A stretch of 64,000 nucleotides of DNA from an uncultured Gemmatimonadaceae bacterium (GTDB taxonomy: Bacteria; Gemmatimonadota; Gemmatimonadetes; Gemmatimonadales; GWC2-71-9): assembly GCA_964487785.1 (NCBI GenBank), contig CAZASU010000003.1:353-64352 (forward strand), in the 5' to 3' direction. Below, piece by piece: positions 9,253 through 18,510 of this stretch. A program made the position numbers and the translations under genes. Each line of letters starts with the position of its first letter. Position 1 is the stretch's first letter. The notes below the pieces were generated by a model, which was not told where the DNA came from, made no database searches, and saw nothing but the letters and a program-made list of their open reading frames with translations.

Positions 9253-10341
9253 TTAGCCAAGCTTTTCTTTGATATATCTGCGGATGTCGAGGCTCGCGCT
9301 CTCCATTGGTGCATAGTAGCCGTGCTGGAAGACCCGCGACTGCATCCCGCGCTGGACGTTCTCACAGATGACCCAATCCTGGCGGTTGACCAGGTCCCAG
9401 AAGTTCACCGCGTCGGCCGGGTTGAAGTCCGGCAGTTGAATCTCGGACGGATGAAAGAGGAAGTCGCACACCACCCGGGTACGACCCGGTCCTTGCGGCC
9501 ACAGGGTATACGTGGTGACGTGGTCGGCCGAGAGACTGATGAGGAAGTTCGGATAGATCAGTTCTCCCTTGTGGCGGATGCGCTCATCGTCATTGAGCCC
9601 ATCGAACGGGCTGCGGTTGGTCGTTCCACTCTCGGTGAACGTCCAGGCGCCCTCACGGTGCGGGATGCCCCGCTCCCAGTCCAGCTCTGACCCGCCCCCC
9701 TGCTTGAAGGCCGGCACCAGCCGGCACAGCTCGGGATGCACCGGCCCGCAGTGATAGCACTCGTTGTAGTTCTCCAGTAACACCTTCCAGTTGGCCTCCA
9801 CGTCGTACTCGATCCGCCACCCCGAGCGGAGCTGCGCGAGCGGATACCGCCGAAGCCGTTCCGGCACCTCCCCCAGCTGGGACACCAGACCGTAATTGCG
9901 GCTGGACGCTTCGGCAGGCGTGAGGTTGACGAAGAAGAAACCGCCCCAGCTCTCGATTCCCACCGGGTGGAGGCCGAGGCTGGTCCTGGTGAAGCCCTCA
10001 TCTTCATCGAGGTGGGGAGCGGTCCGAAGAGCGCCGTCCAGGGTATAGGTCCAGGAGTGATACGGACAGCGAATCGTGCCCCCCAAGGATCCCCTGGAGC
10101 CCTCGAGCACCAGGCGCGACCCGCGGTGGCGGCAGACGTTGTAGTGGGCCGCGAGCGTGCCCTCCCGGGTCCGCACCACGAGGATGCTCTCACCCGCCAC
10201 CTCGACTACCAGGTAGTCGCCCGCGGCGGGCAGCTCCTCCTCACGACCGGCGCAGAACCATTCCCGGCAGAAGATGCGCTCCTTCTCACGGGCAAAGATC
10301 TCATCCGAGAAATAGAACTCGCGGCCGAGAGTGTGCTCCAT
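9253..10341 (-). CDS. Rieske [2Fe-2S] oxygenase alpha-subunit-like protein (paralog of 1343..2464)
   Basis: Within ORF 9253..10488; start at MEHTLGREFYF, whose ATG overlaps the cupin stop (ATGA at 10339-10343). Motifs CRHRGSRL, CPYHSWTY and NYNECYHCGPVHP. Confidence 0.85.
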   Translation of the reverse strand: MEHTLGREFYFSDEIFAREKERIFCREWFCAGREEELPAAGDYLVVEVAGESILVVRTREGTLAAHYNVCRHRGSRLVLEGSRGSLGGTIRCPYHSWTYTLDGALRTAPHLDEDEGFTRTSLGLHPVGIESWGGFFFVNLTPAEASSRNYGLVSQLGEVPERLRRYPLAQLRSGWRIEYDVEANWKVLLENYNECYHCGPVHPELCRLVPAFKQGGGSELDWERGIPHREGAWTFTESGTTNRSPFDGLNDDERIRHKGELIYPNFLISLSADHVTTYTLWPQGPGRTRVVCDFLFHPSEIQLPDFNPADAVNFWDLVNRQDWVICENVQRGMQSRVFQHGYYAPMESASLDIRRYIKEKLG

Positions 10342-10670
10342 CAGCTCTCCCCGCCCTCCGGGCCGTAGAAGAACACCCACACCGCCAGGTGGTCGGAGAA
10401 TTCCTCGAAGCGGTGCGGCACGCCCGCGGGAACGAAGAGGACGTCGCCGGGGCCGAAGCGATGCCGCTCGTTGCCGTTTTGGAACCAACCCGCACCCTCG
10501 ACGACCACGTACACCTCGTCGCGGGTGTGAGGGGTCTGCGGGTCATGTCCCCGAGGGGCGTAGAGCTCAACGCTCAAGGTCCCATGCTGGAACAACTCGA
10601 CGTACCGCTCTCCCTGCGGGCCAGGCAGCCGCGCGAACGATTCGCGGACCGTCAGCTGGTGCTTCGGCAC
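10341..10670 (-). CDS. cupin domain protein
   Basis: Within ORF 10341..10790. GTG at 10670 lies 7 nt after the upstream stop. Cupin motifs HTRDEVYVVVEGAG and GPGDVLFVPAGVPHRF. Confidence 0.7.
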   Translation of the reverse strand: MPKHQLTVRESFARLPGPQGERYVELFQHGTLSVELYAPRGHDPQTPHTRDEVYVVVEGAGWFQNGNERHRFGPGDVLFVPAGVPHRFEEFSDHLAVWVFFYGPEGGES

Positions 10671-10677
10671 AGCGGCT

Positions 10678-12279
10678 TCAGGTCTTCCGGCGGCGGATGT
10701 CGCGCAGGATCTCGCGCGCAGCGTTGTAGCCACAGGCTCCCATGACCCCTCCGCCGGGATGGGTGGCCGCGCCGCACAGGTAGAGGCCACGGATGGGCGT
10801 GCGGTAGTCGGCGTACCCCGGCACCGGGCGCATGAACGAGAGGCTGCTGAGCGACATCGCCCCCTGCATGATGTTGCCGCCGGTGAGCCCGAAGCGCTTC
10901 TCCAGGTCGGTTGGGGCCAGGACCTGCCTGCCGATCACAGAGCGCCTGAAGTTCGGGGCGTATTCGTTCATGAGGTCGAAGCACCGCTCGGCGTATTTCT
11001 CCTTCTCCTCCTGGAGTGAAAGGCCCGGCGCCAGCTGGTAGGGGAAATACTGAGTGAACATCGACATCACGTGGTTTCCAGGAGGCGCCAGGGTGTCATC
11101 CAGCACCGACGGGATGGTGGCTTCGATAATAGGATGTTCGGAGGGGCAGCCGTACTTGGCGCTGTCGTAGGCCCGCTCGATGTATTCCATGGTGGGCGAA
11201 ATGTGAATCGTGCCCCGGTGCTGCAGGCCGGCCGTCGTGCCGGGGACCGCCTTGAAATCGGGCAGCTCACTGAGTGATATGTTGATCTTGAGACTGGCAC
11301 TGCTGTAATCGATGTTCCGGACCGCTTCGACAAAATCAGGGGGCAGATCCTGGCCGCCGAGCAGTTTCAGAAAGGTCACATGGGCATCCGCTCCGCTGGC
11401 CACCCGCCGCGCCCGGACTTCGGTCCCATCCTTGAGCGCCACCCCGGCCGCCCCGCCGTTCTTCACCAGAATCCGGGTCACTTCGGAGCTGGTATGGATC
11501 TCCGCCCCGGCCTCGAGCGCCGCCGCGGCAATCGCATTGCTGATCCCGCCCATCCCACCACGCACGTAACCCCACACCCCGCGAATGCCATCACACTCGC
11601 CCATGACGTGGTGAAAGAGCACGTAGGCCGTACCCGGCATGGACGGCGAGGCCATGGCGCCGATGATGGCGTCGGTGGCCAGGGTGACTTTCAGCTGCTC
11701 CGATTCGAACCAGCGATCGAGAATTGGGGTTGCCGCTCCGGTGAGAATCTCGATCGCCTTCTGTCCGTCGGTGCCGAGCTTGGCGAACGCCAGACCAAGC
11801 TTGGCCAGCTGGAGCAGGTTCCGGGGATTGAAGGACCAGGGATTAGGTGGAGTCTGGGTGAGCGTGGGCTCGATGAACGCGGCCACCCGTTCCAGCATCC
11901 GCTCGTACTTCGGCAGCGCGTCCGCATCCTTGGCCGAGAATTTCGATATTTCCCGGTGCGTCAGAGCCTTGTTGGGGCCCAGCATGAGCGAGCGACCGTC
12001 GGGGAAGGGCGTGAAGGAGGACGGGTTCCGCGGCAGCATCTTGAAGCCGTGCCGCTTGAGATCCAGATCCCGGATGATCTCGGGCCGAAGCAGGCTGTTG
12101 ACGTATGCGGCCGTGGAGACCTTGTAACCGGGCCACAGCTCCTCGGTGACGCAGGCACCGCCGAGGATCTCCCGCCGTTCCAGGACGAGAACCTTGACGC
12201 CGGCACGGGCCAGGTAGGCGGCGGTGACCAGGCCATTATGGCCCCCGCCGAGGACAATGAGATCGTATGTTGTGGCCAT
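10678..12279 (-). CDS. NAD(P)/FAD-dependent oxidoreductase, phytoene-desaturase (CrtI)-like family
   Basis: Within ORF 10678..12417; start at MATTYDLIVLGGGHNGLVTAAYLARAG (GxGxxG), followed by VLERREILGGA. About 530 aa, the typical CrtI-like length. Confidence 0.8.
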   Translation of the reverse strand: MATTYDLIVLGGGHNGLVTAAYLARAGVKVLVLERREILGGACVTEELWPGYKVSTAAYVNSLLRPEIIRDLDLKRHGFKMLPRNPSSFTPFPDGRSLMLGPNKALTHREISKFSAKDADALPKYERMLERVAAFIEPTLTQTPPNPWSFNPRNLLQLAKLGLAFAKLGTDGQKAIEILTGAATPILDRWFESEQLKVTLATDAIIGAMASPSMPGTAYVLFHHVMGECDGIRGVWGYVRGGMGGISNAIAAAALEAGAEIHTSSEVTRILVKNGGAAGVALKDGTEVRARRVASGADAHVTFLKLLGGQDLPPDFVEAVRNIDYSSASLKINISLSELPDFKAVPGTTAGLQHRGTIHISPTMEYIERAYDSAKYGCPSEHPIIEATIPSVLDDTLAPPGNHVMSMFTQYFPYQLAPGLSLQEEKEKYAERCFDLMNEYAPNFRRSVIGRQVLAPTDLEKRFGLTGGNIMQGAMSLSSLSFMRPVPGYADYRTPIRGLYLCGAATHPGGGVMGACGYNAAREILRDIRRRKT

Positions 12280-12295
12280 GATTCCCTGGGTAAAG

Positions 12296-15118
12296 CTACC
12301 TCGTGAACTGAATCTCCGTCCTCGCGTAAATAAAGCGCCCATTGTATCCGAATGGCGAGGCGGCTGCCCAGGGAAAGGTGCCGAAATTATTGTTGAAGTC
12401 TTTGGCCGGCGTTCCATCGCCGATGTCGACCAGGGAGCTGGGCTGGTCAGGATAGGTATCGAACAGATTTCTGACCCCGATCGAGAGCTTCACGAGGCTG
12501 AAGCGGTACCCCACTTCAGTGTCGACCAGGCTCTTGGCCCCGTAATTGTCGCGACAAAGATCGCAGAAGCCGGGTTGGGCCGAGGAGAACCCACCGTAGT
12601 ACGAGTACCGTCCGAGAGCGGTGAAACGGCCCAGGGAATAGTTGGCTTGCAGTGTGCCCCGCCAATCGGGCCGCTCGTCTTCGATTCCGATGGCGGTCAC
12701 CGAGTCCAGCAGGCCCGATTCGGTCGATCCGGCGTCGATCAGCACCTGGGGCAAGGGATCGACCCGGATGATCTCGTTCTTGGTGAAGTTGACCGACGCA
12801 ATGAGGTCGAGTCTGCCGCTGACTCCCGCCTGGACCCGCAGGTTGACGGTAAGGTCAATGCCCTGGGTTCGAGTGTCGAGTCCGTTGGTGAAGTACTGCA
12901 CTCCCTGGATCGTTCCGAATCCCGCGTTGGTGAGAAGCTGGAGGGTGGCGGCGTCGTCGAAGGTCGCGCCGAGCAGAACGCGGTCATCGATGCGGATGTG
13001 AAAGTAGTCCGCGGTCAGCGTGAGATTGTCGGTCGGGGTTAGTGCCAGGCCGCCGCTGAAGTTGACCGAGGTTTCGTCCTTGAGCGGCCTTGCCCCGAGC
13101 GCCAGGGAAGCGGGGTGGTCGGCCGGGAAAATGCCGAAGTCGATGAACTCGCCGGCGATGACGTTGGTCGTCACCTTGCCGAACGCGACCTGGCTCAATC
13201 CCGGCGCCCGGAAACCGGTGCCGACGGCAGCGCGAAGCGTCAGCCGCGGGGAAGGCTGAAAGCGCAGCGCCGCTTTCCCCGTCAAACGCTCGCCGAAGTC
13301 GCTGTAGGTCTCGAACCGGCCGGCGATGTTGGCCAGAATCTTGTCGCTCAGGTTGGTCTCGGCGTCGGCGTACAGGCCGAAGTTGGTGCGGTGCCGGTCG
13401 GTGGCATCGCTGGGCGTGAAGCCCGGGAAGACGGACGACCCTGCCGGCGCAACGTCCGCGCTGTCCTGATCCAGATGGAATCCATTGACGTACGAGGCAA
13501 GCTCCCCCGGACGGATCGCATAGCGCTCCCTCCGGAACGCGGCACCGAAGGCCAGGTTCACCGGCGCGCGAAGACCCAGCTCCACCGCCTTGGCCAGGTT
13601 TAATCCGGACACGAATTCCTGCCGCAATACCCGGCCGGCGAAAAACGACGTCTTGTTCGGGATACCGGGGTCGTCCGCGGTGCCGAGGATGCGATCCGGC
13701 CCCGGTGCACACGCCACGACGAGGCAGGGACCAAGAGACGCGTTGTTCGTGCTGGTGATGTTGTAGTCGAAGTCGTTGTGCCCGAACTCGGCCCCGAGGT
13801 CGTAGCTCCAGCCGGACACCACGCCGCGGAGTCCGCCTGCGGCGGAGTAGTCGACCGCTTCTCCGCTGATCGTGGGCAGGAAGCCCAGCGGATGAATCTC
13901 CGGCCAGTTGCGGGCGCTGTCGAAATACCGCCGGTAGCCATTGCCGCCGCCGTCTCGATGGCTGTAACCGCCAAAGGCGTAGATCTCGGTGGTGCCCGCC
14001 TCGTTCATCGGCATGCGGAAATTGGCGAGGCCGAGCGCGTCCTGTTCCACACCATCGCCCCAGTGATGGTTCGGCTGAGGCACCGGGTTCCGCTTCTCGA
14101 CCACCTGGCCTTTGCTGTCGATCGAATCGGCCACGCCGATACCGGCCACCGCGGACGGATCGGCCACCTCGAACGGATCGGCCCAGGCCCGGTTGGTAGC
14201 GTTGCGGTCGCGGTACTCACCGAACAACCCGAGCGAGCCCCGGCCTACCTTGATGCCCCAGCCGCCGTTCACGTTGACGGTAGTTCCGTCATCGGGGTAG
14301 TCGCCAGTGGTGTAGCGACCCACATCGCCGTTGAGGAACGGAGTAAACTCGCCCTCTTTGATCACCAGGTTGACCACGCCGGCGATCGCGTCCGACCCGT
14401 ACTGGGCGGAGGCGCCGTCGCGCAGGACCTCGATCCGGTCCACCGCGCTCGCGGGAAGTGCGTTCAAGTCCACGCCGCTGGACCCGGCGCCCATCCCGTA
14501 GGTGAAGTTGTTGACCAGCGCCGTCTGGTGGCGGCGCCAGCCGTTGACCAGCACCAGCGTGTGGTCGGGGCTGAGTCCGCGCAGGGTGAACGGACGCACG
14601 ATATCGCCGGCATCGGTGACGCTCTGGCGGGGGAAGTTGATCGAGGGGGCCACCGACTGGAGGATCGCCGCGGTCTCCATGGTGCCCTGCTGTTGCAGCA
14701 CCTCGGCGGGGAACACGTCTACCGGCACCGCCAGCTCCTCGGAGGCGGTGTGACGGGCCCTGGAACCGATCACGACATCGATCGGCGCCAGCTGTACCAG
14801 GCTTCGGGAGAGGGTGAAGTCCTGCCGGGTCTCGTCGGTTGACACCACGGTGACCGGCGCACTGGCCGCCTGGAATCCGATGAGGCGGGCTCGCACCACC
14901 CGGGTCCCCGCCGGCACGCCGCGGATCTCGTACTCGCCCTGGTTGCCGGACGTGGTCCTGAGCCCGGTGCCTTCGATGGTGATGGAGGCATTGGGAAGCG
15001 GCGAGCCGCTGCTGTCGGCCACCGTCCCCCGTAGCGTTCCAGCCTGCGCCAGCAGGGGTGTCGCTGGGCCGCCGATCACGAGCGCGTAAGCCAGCGTGCG
15101 AACGATGTGTCGTATCAC
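12296..15118 (-). CDS. TonB-dependent receptor with N-terminal CarboxypepD_reg-like domain
   Basis: 940-aa ORF with a GTG start after GGAGGA. Signal peptide. GTLRGTVADSSGSPLPNASITIEG...YEIRGVPAG. Plug segment IEVLRDGASAQYGSDAIAGVVNLV, then a long beta-barrel region. Confidence 0.9.
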   Translation of the reverse strand: MIRHIVRTLAYALVIGGPATPLLAQAGTLRGTVADSSGSPLPNASITIEGTGLRTTSGNQGEYEIRGVPAGTRVVRARLIGFQAASAPVTVVSTDETRQDFTLSRSLVQLAPIDVVIGSRARHTASEELAVPVDVFPAEVLQQQGTMETAAILQSVAPSINFPRQSVTDAGDIVRPFTLRGLSPDHTLVLVNGWRRHQTALVNNFTYGMGAGSSGVDLNALPASAVDRIEVLRDGASAQYGSDAIAGVVNLVIKEGEFTPFLNGDVGRYTTGDYPDDGTTVNVNGGWGIKVGRGSLGLFGEYRDRNATNRAWADPFEVADPSAVAGIGVADSIDSKGQVVEKRNPVPQPNHHWGDGVEQDALGLANFRMPMNEAGTTEIYAFGGYSHRDGGGNGYRRYFDSARNWPEIHPLGFLPTISGEAVDYSAAGGLRGVVSGWSYDLGAEFGHNDFDYNITSTNNASLGPCLVVACAPGPDRILGTADDPGIPNKTSFFAGRVLRQEFVSGLNLAKAVELGLRAPVNLAFGAAFRRERYAIRPGELASYVNGFHLDQDSADVAPAGSSVFPGFTPSDATDRHRTNFGLYADAETNLSDKILANIAGRFETYSDFGERLTGKAALRFQPSPRLTLRAAVGTGFRAPGLSQVAFGKVTTNVIAGEFIDFGIFPADHPASLALGARPLKDETSVNFSGGLALTPTDNLTLTADYFHIRIDDRVLLGATFDDAATLQLLTNAGFGTIQGVQYFTNGLDTRTQGIDLTVNLRVQAGVSGRLDLIASVNFTKNEIIRVDPLPQVLIDAGSTESGLLDSVTAIGIEDERPDWRGTLQANYSLGRFTALGRYSYYGGFSSAQPGFCDLCRDNYGAKSLVDTEVGYRFSLVKLSIGVRNLFDTYPDQPSSLVDIGDGTPAKDFNNNFGTFPWAAASPFGYNGRFIYARTEIQFTR

Positions 15119-15423
15119 AGGTCCTCCACGTGACGCGGTTTGCTGGCCGGCAGGGGGGCCGCCGGCGCACAGGAACTCGACAAGGACGGAAATGCAGAGC
15201 GGTGTTACGGGTAGCTACCTAAATACGGTCCGCGGATGGGAGCGTCAAGCCGCACACCCGCTTTGACAACCGGCCTCCGCCTTTGCACATTGGCGTTGGC
15301 GCCCGCCAGCCATAGGTTGGGGCGGGCGGTCGACTCTTCTGCTCGGCGCTGCCCGAGACCAGTCCGTTGACAGATCAACACAGCGATCCATCGCACAGTC
15401 CTCGCTCGAAGGAGAACTCCCAT

Positions 15424-18400
15424 ATGAGCGCTGGCATTCGTCCGGGTATGGTGGGCGCCGCTCTGCTGCTGGGCGGCCTGATGGCCGGCATTTCCCCCGC
15501 GGCACAAGCCCAGCAGGGCGTCATCGGCGGACAGGTGGTCGATGAAGGGGCTGGAACACCGCTGGAGGCCGCACGAGTCCTCCTCACCGGAACCGGCCAG
15601 ATCGAAACCACGAACCGTGATGGACGCTTCCTCTTTCGCCAGGTCGCCCCGGGAACCTATCAGGTCAGGGTGCTGCGGGTGGGATACAAACCCGCCACCC
15701 AGAGCACGACGGTTGCGGCCGGCGAGACGGCTGCGCTGAGCTTCAGCCTGGCCGCGGCGGTCGTGCAGCTCGATGAGCTGGTGACCACTGCCACCGGCGA
15801 GCAGCGGAAGCTGGAGATCGGCAATGCGGTCACGACCATCGATGCGGCGAAGATTGCCGAGCAGGCGCCGATCACCGAGTTCACCAATCTGATCTCGGGC
15901 CGTGCGCCGGGGGTGCAGGTCCTGAAGAGCAGCGGCACCACCGGCACCGGCACCCGGATCCGAATCCGGGGGTCCAACAGCATCTCGCTGTCCAACGAGC
16001 CGCTGTACTACCTCGACGGTATCCGGCTGGAGAGCAACCCGACCTCGAGCACGCTGGACATCGGCGGCTTCGGCTCGGGAATCGGTGCCGGGCCATCACG
16101 CATCAACGATCTCAATCCGGATGACATTCAGGATATCGAGATCGTGAAGGGCCCCGCCGCCGCCACACTGTACGGGATCCAGGCCTCCAACGGCGTCATC
16201 CGGGTGAGCACCAAGCGCGGCGTTGCCGGCCCCCCGCAGTGGAGTCTCTTCTCCGAGCTCGGCACGGTTTCCGATCCGCATACCTATCCGCTCAACTACT
16301 ACGGGCGGGATACCACTGCCACCGGCATTATCGACGGGTACGACGGCTTCTGCAGCATCCAGAGCGAGCTCGATGGACTCTGCACCCAGACCGCGCTGGA
16401 GACATTCCAGCCGCTCAACGAGCCGGTCAGCCGCCCATACAAGGCCGGGCTCCGGCAGCAGTATGGTGCCAGCGTATCGGGTGGCAGTGAGCAGATGACC
16501 TACTATGTGTCGGGAAGCTACGAGAACGAGATTGGGCCCTTCCGCCTTCCCGATGCGGAGTTCGACTCCGTGGCCTCGGTGCGCGGCGGCCTGGTGCCGG
16601 ACAATCAGGCGCGGCCCAACGCGCTCGAGAAATTCGGCCTGCGGGCAAACCTTGGCGCGAGCGTGTCGAGGACCTTCGAGCTGAGCAGCTCTCTCGGCTT
16701 CTCGACCAGCAATACCCGATTCATCGAGAACGACAACAGCTTCCTGACCGTCAATGGCAGCGGCACCGCCAGTGGGAGCCTGCCTGAAGTCAATCGCGGC
16801 TGGTTCTTCATCCCGGCCGAGCTGTTCGCCGAGCTCGCCAATCAGAAGGCCAATCGCTTCACCGCGGGTATCAGCGGTACCTGGCGTCCGCGGGACTGGC
16901 TCACGGCGCGGGCGGTCGTAGGCCACGATCTCGTCGATCGCACCGACCTGCAGTTCTTCCCCACTGGTCAGGTGGCCGCGTACCTCGCGAACAGGGACGG
17001 CGTAAAGATCCAGAACGCCTTCGATATCTCGCAAACCTCGATCGACCTTGGTGCCTCCGCCCGCTTCCGCCTCACACCCGCAATCGGCTCGCGCACCTCC
17101 GTGGGCGGGCAGTTCTTCCGTGACCTCGCGAACGGCACCTTCGCCAGCGGGCGGGGGCTGCCGCCGGGCTCCGGCACCATCAATGGCGCCAGCGCCATCG
17201 AGGCCGCCGACACGACCGTCGAGGCCCGCTCCATCGGTACCTACGTCGAGCAGGAGATCAACTTTAAGGAACGGCTCTTCGTCACCGGCGCGCTGCGGTT
17301 CGACGACAACAGCGCCTTCGGCCAGAACTTCGACGCAACCCTGTATCCCAAGGCGAGCCTGTCCTGGCTCCTGTCCGATGAGCCGTTCTTCAACACCGGC
17401 TTCCTGAACACCTTCCGCATACGCGCCGCGTACGGCGTCTCCGGGCAGCAGCCCGGAACGGCCGACGCGCTCCGCATCTACAACTCGGTGCCCGGAAAAC
17501 GAGCTGGTATCGGGACCACCGGGGTGTCGTTTGCGAGCCTCGGTAACTTCGATCTCAAACCCGAGCGGTCCTATGAGTTCGAGGCCGGGCTCGACGCCGG
17601 ACTGTTCGATGACCGCGTCTCGGTGGAGTTCACTTTTTACAGCAAGCTCACCCGCGATGCCCTGATCTCCCGTGACATCGCTCCGTCACTGGGCGCCTCG
17701 CAGTCCCAGTTCGTCAACCTCTCACGCATCCGGAACCGGGGCGTCGAGCTCGCCATCAGCACCCGGCTCATCGACAGCCGCAGTGTGGCCTGGGATCTCA
17801 CCGTGAGCGGGTCGACGGCGCACAACAAGATCCTGGAGCTGGGCGAGGGGGTGAGCGATATCTTCGTCGGCTTCTACCAGCGGCACGTGGGCGGCTACCC
17901 CGCGGGAGGGTTCTGGGCTCCCACCCACACCTTTGCGGATGCCAACAGCGACGGCATCATCGATCTCACTGAAGTGGCGCTCAGCGACAGCTCGGTGTTC
18001 CTCGGCACCGCCATCCCCACCCGGGAGGCCTCCCTCAACAGCCAGCTCGCCATCTTCGGCGGGCAGGTGGTGCTCGGCACTCAGTTCGACTATCGCGGCG
18101 GCCATAAGGTGGACAATTCGCTGGAGCAGTTCCGTTGCTTCTCGGTGCAGAATTGCCGGGGAAATTATGACCGTTCCGCCCCACTGGCCGAGCAGGCGAG
18201 GGCCCAGGCCCTGTTCCTTCCCGGCGGGGGGAACTCAGTGGCCTTCCTCGAGCCCGGGTGGTTCGTCAAGCTGCGAGAGCTGTCCTTGACATTTTTCGCG
18301 CCCGACGGTCTGGCTCGGGCGTTCCGCGCCAATCGGCTGAGCCTCACGCTCTCGGGCCGGAACCTCTGGACCATCGATGACTATTCCGGTGTCGACCCCG

Positions 18401-18498
18401 AGGTGAACGCCTTCGCGCAGGACAACTTCGCGTCGTCGGACTTTGAGTCCCAGGCCCAGGTTCGCTACTGGACTGCGCGCCTTAACGTCGGCTTCTGA
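15424..18498 (+). CDS. SusC/RagA-family TonB-linked outer membrane protein
   Basis: Within ORF 15367..18498. ATG 15424 follows AAGGAGAA. Signal peptide ending AAQAQQ, then a CarboxypepD_reg-like stretch. IRIRGSNSISLSNEPLYYLDGI and IEIVKGPAAATLYGIQASNGVIRVSTKRG. Ends ...RLNVGF. Confidence 0.9.
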   Translation: MSAGIRPGMVGAALLLGGLMAGISPAAQAQQGVIGGQVVDEGAGTPLEAARVLLTGTGQIETTNRDGRFLFRQVAPGTYQVRVLRVGYKPATQSTTVAAGETAALSFSLAAAVVQLDELVTTATGEQRKLEIGNAVTTIDAAKIAEQAPITEFTNLISGRAPGVQVLKSSGTTGTGTRIRIRGSNSISLSNEPLYYLDGIRLESNPTSSTLDIGGFGSGIGAGPSRINDLNPDDIQDIEIVKGPAAATLYGIQASNGVIRVSTKRGVAGPPQWSLFSELGTVSDPHTYPLNYYGRDTTATGIIDGYDGFCSIQSELDGLCTQTALETFQPLNEPVSRPYKAGLRQQYGASVSGGSEQMTYYVSGSYENEIGPFRLPDAEFDSVASVRGGLVPDNQARPNALEKFGLRANLGASVSRTFELSSSLGFSTSNTRFIENDNSFLTVNGSGTASGSLPEVNRGWFFIPAELFAELANQKANRFTAGISGTWRPRDWLTARAVVGHDLVDRTDLQFFPTGQVAAYLANRDGVKIQNAFDISQTSIDLGASARFRLTPAIGSRTSVGGQFFRDLANGTFASGRGLPPGSGTINGASAIEAADTTVEARSIGTYVEQEINFKERLFVTGALRFDDNSAFGQNFDATLYPKASLSWLLSDEPFFNTGFLNTFRIRAAYGVSGQQPGTADALRIYNSVPGKRAGIGTTGVSFASLGNFDLKPERSYEFEAGLDAGLFDDRVSVEFTFYSKLTRDALISRDIAPSLGASQSQFVNLSRIRNRGVELAISTRLIDSRSVAWDLTVSGSTAHNKILELGEGVSDIFVGFYQRHVGGYPAGGFWAPTHTFADANSDGIIDLTEVALSDSSVFLGTAIPTREASLNSQLAIFGGQVVLGTQFDYRGGHKVDNSLEQFRCFSVQNCRGNYDRSAPLAEQARAQALFLPGGGNSVAFLEPGWFVKLRELSLTFFAPDGLARAFRANRLSLTLSGRNLWTIDDYSGVDPEVNAFAQDNFASSDFESQAQVRYWTARLNVGF

Positions 18499-18510
18499 GG
18501 GAGTGCCATC

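Noticed and set aside
10671-10790. Longer N-terminus of the cupin ORF (10341..10790)
   Set aside because: It overlaps the 3' end of the FAD oxidoreductase gene. A GTG at 10670, right after that gene's stop, gives a normal cupin of about 109 aa.
15119-15423. Cobalamin or other riboswitch upstream of the TonB receptors
   Set aside because: No B12 box or other recognisable riboswitch core appears on either strand. The region is more simply a divergent promoter gap.
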